Shown piece after piece: positions 1 to 6,419 of a stretch of 47,853 nt of DNA (positions are counted from its first letter, which is position 1; each line of letters opens with the position of its first letter). The DNA is from Rhodocyclaceae bacterium (GTDB lineage: Bacteria; Pseudomonadota; Gammaproteobacteria; Burkholderiales; Rhodocyclaceae). Under the pieces are notes generated by a model that saw only the letters and a program-made list of their open reading frames with translations, searched no databases and was not told the DNA's origin. The position numbers and the translations under genes were made by a program. Location of the stretch: contig JAGRFO010000042.1 of the NCBI GenBank assembly GCA_020446005.1, positions 1 to 47,853 on the forward strand, written 5' to 3'.

Positions 1-354
1 GGCATTCCGCAGGTGTACTACGTGGGCCTGCTGGCAGGCGAGAACGATACGGCGTTGATGGAGGCCACCGGCGAGCTGCGCGACATCAACCGCCACCCGT
101 ATTCGCTGGCAGAGGCCGAGGCGGCGCTCGCCCAGCCGGTGGTGGAACGCCTGCTGGCACTGATGCGCCTGCGCTCCACTCACCCGGCCTTCGACGGCGA
201 CTTCGCGCTGGAATACGCCAACGATACGTGCGTGGCGATGGGGTGGGTGGCCGGCGAGCAGTCATGCAAGGTGCTGGTCGACCTGCGCTTTCGTACCACC
301 ACCGTCACCTGCTCCGACCCGGCCGGTGGCGGCGAACACACCTGGCGTGCCTGA
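1..354 (+). CDS. Sucrose phosphorylase-family (GH13_18) glycoside phosphorylase, 3' part only
   Basis: Frame is open from base 1: GIPQVYYVGLLAGEND...RDINRHPY, a C-terminal motif typical of sucrose/glucosylglycerol/glucosylglycerate phosphorylases. TGA at 352-354. Confidence 0.8.
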   Translation, partial: GIPQVYYVGLLAGENDTALMEATGELRDINRHPYSLAEAEAALAQPVVERLLALMRLRSTHPAFDGDFALEYANDTCVAMGWVAGEQSCKVLVDLRFRTTTVTCSDPAGGGEHTWRA

Positions 355-1188
355 TCAGCGCCACAGCGCGTGAAAGTGGTGCACCGGCCCGTGCCCCTTG
401 CCGACGCTGAGCCGGCCCGCGGCGGCGATGGCGCCGAGCAGGTAGTGGCGGGCATCGCGCACCGCGGCCTCGACCGGATGCATCTGCGCCGCGCGCTGCG
501 GCAACAGGGCGGCGACGGCGGATGACAGCGTGCAGCCGGTGCCGTGGGTGTTTCTGGTCTCCAGCCGCCGTGCGGGCAGCTCGATCATGCGGTCGCCGTT
601 GAACAGCAGGTCCATCAACTCGCCGCCGGGCAGGTGGCCGCCCTTGAGCAACACCCAGCGCTCCGACGACAGCGGCAGCAACCCGCGCAGCCGCTCGGCG
701 CTGCGATACATCTCCTTGACCGATTCGGGCGCGCGCGCATCGAGCAGCACCCCGGCCTCCGGCAGGTTGGGGGTCAGCATGAACACCTGCGGCAGCAGCG
801 CCTCCTTGAGCATGGACACCGCGTCGCGGGCGAGCAGGTGATCGCCGCTCTTGGCCACCATCACCGGGTCGAGCACTACGTTGGGCGGGCTCGCAGCGGC
901 GAGCCGGTCGGCCACCGTGCGCACCACGCCGGCGGTGCCGAGCATGCCGATCTTGACCGCGTGAATCGTCACGTCGGCAAACAGGGTGTCGAGCTGCAGG
1001 GCGAGGAAGTCGGTCGGTGGGGCATGCACGCCGGTGACGGCACAGGTGTTCTGCGCGGTGAGCGCGGCCACCACGCCGCAGCCGTAGGCGCCGAGCGCGG
1101 AGAAGGTCTTGAGGTCGGCGAACACGCCGGCGCCGCCGGACGGGTCGATGCCGGCGATGGAGACAACGTTGGGGATGGCGCGGGTCAC
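355..1188 (-). CDS. thiD: Hydroxymethylpyrimidine/phosphomethylpyrimidine kinase
   Basis: SIAGIDPSGGAG, ALTAQNT, VKIGML, VLDPVMVAKSG, TPNLPEA, LKGGH, NTHGTGCTLSS, GHGPVHHF. GTG start at 1188 with AGGAG upstream. The longer track ORF (to 2616) is antisense shadow of the next gene. Confidence 0.93.
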   Translation of the reverse strand: MTRAIPNVVSIAGIDPSGGAGVFADLKTFSALGAYGCGVVAALTAQNTCAVTGVHAPPTDFLALQLDTLFADVTIHAVKIGMLGTAGVVRTVADRLAAASPPNVVLDPVMVAKSGDHLLARDAVSMLKEALLPQVFMLTPNLPEAGVLLDARAPESVKEMYRSAERLRGLLPLSSERWVLLKGGHLPGGELMDLLFNGDRMIELPARRLETRNTHGTGCTLSSAVAALLPQRAAQMHPVEAAVRDARHYLLGAIAAAGRLSVGKGHGPVHHFHALWR

Positions 1189-1284
1189 GGGCGCTCCTTG
1201 CGATGCGTGATTCAAGAATCGGGCACGGGTGCCGAAACAGGGATTATCCCCGTGAACTGAACATTCCGGCATCCGGAGCCCGCC

Positions 1285-2853
1285 ATGACCCCTCGAATCC
1301 TGCTTGCCATCGCTGCCCTTGGCACGGCCCTGCCGGCCCTTGCGGCGGACTGGACGATGATTGTCCAGGACCGCACCCGGCGCATCGAAATCGACCGCGA
1401 CAGCGTGCTGCAGTCCGATCCCGGCACCAAGGTGGCGTGGGGGCGCATTGTGCTGTCGAACGAGGACGCAGAGGAAGCCGGCTACGCCACGGTCAAGGCG
1501 CTCAACCGCTATGACTGCCAGGCGCGCAGCTTCTCGACGATCAAGCGGGTCTATCTGGATGCGGTCAGCCGGGTGATCCGCGAGGAGCGGGTGGTCGAGC
1601 AGCGCGCCATTGAAGTCAATCCCAACAGTGTCGATGAGAACCTGTGGCGCGAGGTCTGCCAGCCACCCGCAATGCAGGATCTGGCGCGTCTGGCCGACGA
1701 AGCCAGCCGGATGGCGATGGCCGGCAAGGAAAAGGATGCGCCGACGGTGCGTCATGCCGATCTCAACGATACGCCGGAGGCGCAGGCCGTCGCCCAGCCC
1801 ACCGCAGATTCGCACAGCGCGCCCACGCCGGCGGCTCCGGCCCACGCCGCGCCGGCCACTGGCGCGCACGGCTCGGCGGCGCATGTCGATACGCAGGGCA
1901 AGATCGATCTGCCGCCCAAGCCCAGCTTCGCCCTGCCGCCGCGCCCCGCCAGCCAGCCGGTTCCGGCCGAGGAGCCCGCGCACGCCGCGGCCCCGGCGCA
2001 TGCCGAGCCGGCCAAGCCCGCGGTGGAGGCGCACGCGCCCCCGCCGGCCAAAAAGCCGGTGGTCAAGCGCGTCGCGAGCAAGCCCAAACCCAGGCCCAAG
2101 GCGAAACCCAAGGTGGTGCAGGTGGCGATGAACACCCACGCCGAGGAACCGGCCCCGCCGATGGTGGTCGCGCACAAGGACATCCACTGGGGCTATGAAG
2201 GCGCGGGCGCGCCGGCCAAGTGGGGGCAACTCAATCCAGCGTGGAAGACCTGCGATAGCGGCAAGCGCCAGTCGCCGATCGACATCCGCGACGGCATCAA
2301 GGTGGACCTCGAGCCGATCAAGTTCGACTACGTGCCGACCTATTTCCGGATCAACAATAACGGTCATACGGTGCGCATCGGGGTCGGGCCGGGGTCGACC
2401 ATGACGGTGATGGGGCGGACCTTCGATCTGGTCCAGTTCCACTTTCATCGCCCGTCGGAGGAGCGCATCAACGGCCGCGGTTTCGACATGGTGGCGCATC
2501 TGGTGCACAAGGATCTGGACGGACGGTTGGCGGTGGTGGCGGTGCTCATCGAGCGCGGCGCGGACCATCCGCTGGTGCAGACCTTGTGGAACAACCTGCC
2601 CCTCGAACAGCATCACGACTACGCCCCCGACGCGGTGATCGAGCCGGCGCAGATCCTCCCCGAAGGCCGCGAGTACTACACCTACATGGGCTCGCTGACC
2701 ACCCCGCCGTGCTCGGAAGACGTGCTGTGGATGGTGATGAAGCAGCCGGTGCAGCTTTCGTCCGAGCAGATCGCGATCTTTTCGCGGCTTTACCCGATGA
2801 ACGCCCGCCCGGTGCAGCCCGCCAATGACCGCCTGATCAAAGGCTCGCGCTGA
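1285..2853 (+). CDS. Secreted alpha-carbonic anhydrase with an N-terminal surface-adhesin-E-like domain and a Pro/Ala/Lys-rich linker
   Basis: Signal peptide (ALA-ADW). C-terminal HWGY, QSPIDI, NNGHT, QFHFH, AHLVH, YMGSLTTPPCSE, NARPVQP. GGAG RBS upstream. Confidence 0.88.
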   Translation: MTPRILLAIAALGTALPALAADWTMIVQDRTRRIEIDRDSVLQSDPGTKVAWGRIVLSNEDAEEAGYATVKALNRYDCQARSFSTIKRVYLDAVSRVIREERVVEQRAIEVNPNSVDENLWREVCQPPAMQDLARLADEASRMAMAGKEKDAPTVRHADLNDTPEAQAVAQPTADSHSAPTPAAPAHAAPATGAHGSAAHVDTQGKIDLPPKPSFALPPRPASQPVPAEEPAHAAAPAHAEPAKPAVEAHAPPPAKKPVVKRVASKPKPRPKAKPKVVQVAMNTHAEEPAPPMVVAHKDIHWGYEGAGAPAKWGQLNPAWKTCDSGKRQSPIDIRDGIKVDLEPIKFDYVPTYFRINNNGHTVRIGVGPGSTMTVMGRTFDLVQFHFHRPSEERINGRGFDMVAHLVHKDLDGRLAVVAVLIERGADHPLVQTLWNNLPLEQHHDYAPDAVIEPAQILPEGREYYTYMGSLTTPPCSEDVLWMVMKQPVQLSSEQIAIFSRLYPMNARPVQPANDRLIKGSR

Positions 2854-2869
2854 CCGTCTGGCACACGCG

Positions 2870-2891
2870 CGGGGCCGCTGCGGCGGCCCCG
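2870..2891. terminator. GC-rich hairpin between convergent genes, possible bidirectional terminator
   Basis: cggggccgc-tgcg-gcggccccg is a perfect 9-bp stem between the stops at 2853 and 2899. No U-tract. Confidence 0.55.
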
Positions 2892-2898
2892 TGGGCGT

Positions 2899-4302
2899 CT
2901 ACAGGATCGAGAACTGTTCCGCCAGAAAACGCTCCAGCCGCGGATCGTCGCAAAACGCCACATTGAAGCGCAGCCACGGGCTGGCCTGCATCTGCGGGCG
3001 AAACACCTTGCCCGGCGCGAGCATGATGTCGCTCTGCGCTGCCCGGGTGGCCAGCGCCGCGGTGTCCTCCAGCCCCGTCAGTTGCGCCCACACGAAAACC
3101 CCGCCCTTCGGTTCGAGATAGACCGTCATCCCCAGCCGTTCGAGCAGACGCAGGGTGCGTCCGGTGGCCTGCTGGAGCCGGCCGTGTAGGCGTTCGACGT
3201 ATTTGCGGTAATGGCCGTCGGTGAGCATCTGGTAGACCAGTTGCTCGTTGAATTCCGAGCTGCTCACGCTGGTCAGGGTCTTGACGTCGGTGAACTCGGC
3301 GATCAGGTCCGGCCGCGCCGCCATGAAGCCCACCCGCAGGCTGCCCGACAGGGTCTTGCTGAAACTGCCGACATAGATCACCCGGTCGAGCTGGTCGAGA
3401 TTGGCCAGCCGGGTGGTGGCATGGGGGTGGAGGTCGGCGTAGGTGTCGTCCTCGATCACCAGAAAGTCGTGCGTGTTGGCCAGCTGCAGCAGGCGGAAGG
3501 CGGCCGCCGGGGAGAGATTGGCACCGGTCGGGTTGTGCAGCACCGAGTGGGTGAAGAAGACTTTCGGCTGATGGATCGCCAGCAGGGCTTCCAGCGCGTC
3601 GGCGTCCGGTCCGTCGTGGCCGCGTGGCACGCCGACCAGTTTGGCGCCGAGCAGGCGCAGATTGCCGAAAAAGTTGAAGTAGCCGGGGTCGTCGACAAAC
3701 ACCGTGTCGCCCGGCTTGATCAGGCGGCGGGCGGCGATGTCGAGCGCCTGGGTGGCGCCGGTGGTGAGCATGATCTGCTCCGGCGGCGCGCCGATGCCGA
3801 ATTCCGCCAGCCGGATCTGCAGTTGCTGGCGCAGCGGTAGGTAGCCTTGCGGCACGCCGTAGCTGGTGACTCGCGCGTCGGCGCGCCGGCCCAGCGCGCG
3901 CAGGTGGCGGCGCAGCCCGTCCTGATCCAGCCACAGCGGCGGTAGCCAACCGGCACTGGCCTTGAGCAGGCGCGTGTCGTCGTTGAGTGCCTGACGCATC
4001 AGCCAGGCCACGTCGACCGCGCGGTCGGCTGCCGCCGGACGCGGTGCGCGCGGCGTCTGGGCGCGCGGTGCCACATAAAAACCCGAGCCGCGGCGCGACT
4101 GCAGGTAGCCGAGCGCGACCAGCCGGTCGTAGGCCTCGACCACCGTGAAGCGGCTGACCTGTTGCAACTGCGCCAGTTTGCGGATCGGCGGGAGCCGCAT
4201 GCCGGGGCGCAGGATGCGGTCGTCAACCTGGCCGCGGATGGCCTGCACGATCTGTTCGACCAGCGGGGTGGATTGATCCGGATCGACGCTGAGCTGAAGC
4301 AT
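2899..4302 (-). CDS. MocR/GabR-subfamily GntR regulator (wHTH plus PLP-aminotransferase-like domain)
   Basis: LPPIRKLA...VSRFTVVEAYDRLVALGYLQSRRGSGFYV wHTH; HNPTG, IEDD, GSFSK PLP-lysine motif. ATG at 4302 with AGGAGA RBS. Confidence 0.92.
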   Translation of the reverse strand: MLQLSVDPDQSTPLVEQIVQAIRGQVDDRILRPGMRLPPIRKLAQLQQVSRFTVVEAYDRLVALGYLQSRRGSGFYVAPRAQTPRAPRPAAADRAVDVAWLMRQALNDDTRLLKASAGWLPPLWLDQDGLRRHLRALGRRADARVTSYGVPQGYLPLRQQLQIRLAEFGIGAPPEQIMLTTGATQALDIAARRLIKPGDTVFVDDPGYFNFFGNLRLLGAKLVGVPRGHDGPDADALEALLAIHQPKVFFTHSVLHNPTGANLSPAAAFRLLQLANTHDFLVIEDDTYADLHPHATTRLANLDQLDRVIYVGSFSKTLSGSLRVGFMAARPDLIAEFTDVKTLTSVSSSEFNEQLVYQMLTDGHYRKYVERLHGRLQQATGRTLRLLERLGMTVYLEPKGGVFVWAQLTGLEDTAALATRAAQSDIMLAPGKVFRPQMQASPWLRFNVAFCDDPRLERFLAEQFSIL

Positions 4303-4317
4303 GGCGTTCTCCTGAGC

Positions 4318-4343
4318 CTGTACCGGTGGAATGGCCGGTACAG
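4318..4343. promoter_or_regulatory. Perfect inverted repeat, candidate MocR autoregulatory operator
   Basis: CTGTACCGG-N8-CCGGTACAG immediately upstream of the MocR gene RBS. Confidence 0.55.
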
Positions 4344-4435
4344 CGTTTGCAATTGCTAGACGTATTGTTTCTGATTGACAAAAAAATTGTCCGCTATTGT
4401 CTTGCTCAGGGTTGGCATGTGTCAAGGAGAGCGAG

Positions 4436-4801
4436 ATGAACCGGATCGGAATGTATGTCTGTGCGGCCTTGCTGCTGGGGGGGCTCGCCGGCTGCGGGCG
4501 TCCATCCACGGCCAGCGCACCGCCGGAGCGCATCGTGTTTCGCGTCTCGCCCGACGGTGACTGGCTGGAGGGGCGCGCGGCCGGGCGCGAGGAGGCACCG
4601 TTGGGGCGCATCCGGCTGCCGGAGAACGCGGTGTGGTCGGTGGCGGACAGCGGCGAGGATCTGCGGGTGTGGGTGCACAGCGACGCGGGCGTGATGCTGG
4701 TTGATGCGCGGCGCTGGGCGGTGCTTGGGGAGTGGCCGCGCGAGGCGGCGACCGACGCGCCGCCGTCCCTGCTGGCACAGCGCGTGACCATGCCGCAGTG
4801 A
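4436..4801 (+). CDS. Small hypothetical lipoprotein
   Basis: AAGGAG RBS, then MNRIGMYVCAALLLGGLAG-C lipobox. 121 aa, no family recognised. Confidence 0.7.
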   Translation: MNRIGMYVCAALLLGGLAGCGRPSTASAPPERIVFRVSPDGDWLEGRAAGREEAPLGRIRLPENAVWSVADSGEDLRVWVHSDAGVMLVDARRWAVLGEWPREAATDAPPSLLAQRVTMPQ

Positions 4802-4916
4802 GCCTGCCGGAGGCTTCTTCCACTCAAGTTGCGGTGCGCCGGGTCGTTGCTTTTAAGACGATCTTCGAGACGGCGCGATATCATCGGCGACCGCGTTTGG
4901 GTGGAGAAGCAGGCGG

Positions 4917-6407
4917 GTGGATTCATTACGGAGCGTGCGCTGTGGCGCGAGGAAGTTAACCGCGGCGGGCGTGCTGCTGGCGTGCGGGTGGCTGGCGGCG
5001 GCATGCCCGGCGTGGGCCGGCGCGCAGGCCGAGCGCGCGTTGCAGGCGGTGCGCCAGATGCGCCTGGCCGGCGACATTCCGGCCGGCACGACGCTGGCGT
5101 TGACCGTCAAGCAGGGCAATCTGGCGTCCTTCCTCGGTCCTGACGGCGAGATCAAGGCGCGCTGGGAGGCGCAGACCGGCGTGCCGATCGACGCCAAGGT
5201 GATGCCGCAACTCGATTCCCGCGCGTTCATCCGCGACGATGCCGCCACCGATCTGACGATCGCGCGCAACCATGAATATCCCGACCTGATGGCCGAGGGG
5301 CTGATCGAGGATCTCACCCCCTGGCTGGCGCGCTTCGGTTTTGCGCTGTCGGACGATCCGGCCAGTGGTTACATCCTGGCGCCCCAGCAAAGCCGCTTCG
5401 GCGGGCAGGTGGTGGCCATCCCGGCGGATGGCGACGTGGCGGTGCTGTACTTGCGCAAGGATCTGCTTGACGATCCTGATCATCAGCGCCGTTTCGCCGC
5501 GCGCTTTGGTCGGCCGCTTGGCGTGCCGCAGACCTGGGCCGAGTACAACGATCTGGTGGCCTATTTCCATCAGCCTGCCGCCGGACTGTACGGATCGCTG
5601 GAGCCGCGCGAGCCGCTGACCGGCTGGATGTACTGGATGCTGCGCTACGCCAGCCGCGGCCGGCCGAACGGCGAACTGTTCGATGCGCAGATGCGGCCGC
5701 GGATCGATTCGCCGGCCGGTATCGCGGCGACGCGCGACTATCTGGCCATGGTGCCGGCTTCGCCGCCGGAGATTCTCAAGGCGGGCAACGACTACAGCTA
5801 CACCTTGCCGCTGTTCCTGCAGGGCAAGGGCTTCTCGACCATCATCACGCTGGCGGCGGCCAAGCTGATCAACGCGCCGACCTCGAAGGTGGCGGGCAAG
5901 GTCATCGCCGTGCCGATGCCGGGCAGCATGGTCAATGGTGCGCTGGTGCGCCGTGGCGGGCTGATCTACGGCAACAATCTGGTGATCCCGCGCAGCGCCC
6001 GCCACAAGGCGCTGGCGGTGCTGTTCGCGATGTGGCTCACCGATCCGGACAACTCGCGCTTGTCGGTGGGGGTGCGCGGCGGCTTCACCGATCCGTACCG
6101 CTTCAATCATTTCGACGATCCGCGCATCCGCGAGGTGTACTCGGCGCCGATGCTGGCGACGGTGCGCGACGATCTGTCCACCGTGATGCCCGCCGGAACC
6201 GGGCTGCCGGGCAATGCCGAATATCTCGCCGCGCTGAGCGACCAACTGGCGCGGGCGGCGGCGGGAACGATCAGCGCGGAGGAGAGCATGCGGCGCACCG
6301 CCCAGGCCTGGGAGAAGATCACCGAGGCGCGCGGGCGCGAGGCGCAGATGGCGTACTGGCACGCCTTCCGGCAGCTCTTTCCGGACACCCTGGAGCGCGC
6401 CCGCTGA
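4917..6407 (+). CDS. Periplasmic solute-binding protein, carbohydrate (family 1)-like
   Basis: Signal peptide (AWA); GLIEDLTP, AIPADGDVAVLYLRKDL, VPQTWAEY features typical of sugar-binding ABC SBPs. GTG start approximate. Confidence 0.8.
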   Translation: MDSLRSVRCGARKLTAAGVLLACGWLAAACPAWAGAQAERALQAVRQMRLAGDIPAGTTLALTVKQGNLASFLGPDGEIKARWEAQTGVPIDAKVMPQLDSRAFIRDDAATDLTIARNHEYPDLMAEGLIEDLTPWLARFGFALSDDPASGYILAPQQSRFGGQVVAIPADGDVAVLYLRKDLLDDPDHQRRFAARFGRPLGVPQTWAEYNDLVAYFHQPAAGLYGSLEPREPLTGWMYWMLRYASRGRPNGELFDAQMRPRIDSPAGIAATRDYLAMVPASPPEILKAGNDYSYTLPLFLQGKGFSTIITLAAAKLINAPTSKVAGKVIAVPMPGSMVNGALVRRGGLIYGNNLVIPRSARHKALAVLFAMWLTDPDNSRLSVGVRGGFTDPYRFNHFDDPRIREVYSAPMLATVRDDLSTVMPAGTGLPGNAEYLAALSDQLARAAAGTISAEESMRRTAQAWEKITEARGREAQMAYWHAFRQLFPDTLERAR

Positions 6408-6419
6408 GGCGGGTGGGGA

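Noticed and set aside
1189-1284. Possible TPP riboswitch upstream of thiD; several short palindromes (GATTC-AA-GAATC, GGCAC-GG-GTGCC, GGGAT-T-ATCCC)
   Set aside because: The conserved TPP aptamer motifs (CTGAGA, ACCTGA) are absent, and the gap is only 96 bp and shared with a divergent gene. The palindromes are too short to interpret.
1189-2616. 753-aa ORF suggesting a large N-terminal fusion to ThiD
   Set aside because: The extension is the antisense shadow of the carbonic anhydrase gene. A good RBS and GTG exist at 1188.
4303-5004. N-terminal extension of the MocR ORF (701 aa in the track)
   Set aside because: It overlaps the lipoprotein and SBP genes on the opposite strand. The real start with RBS is at 4302.
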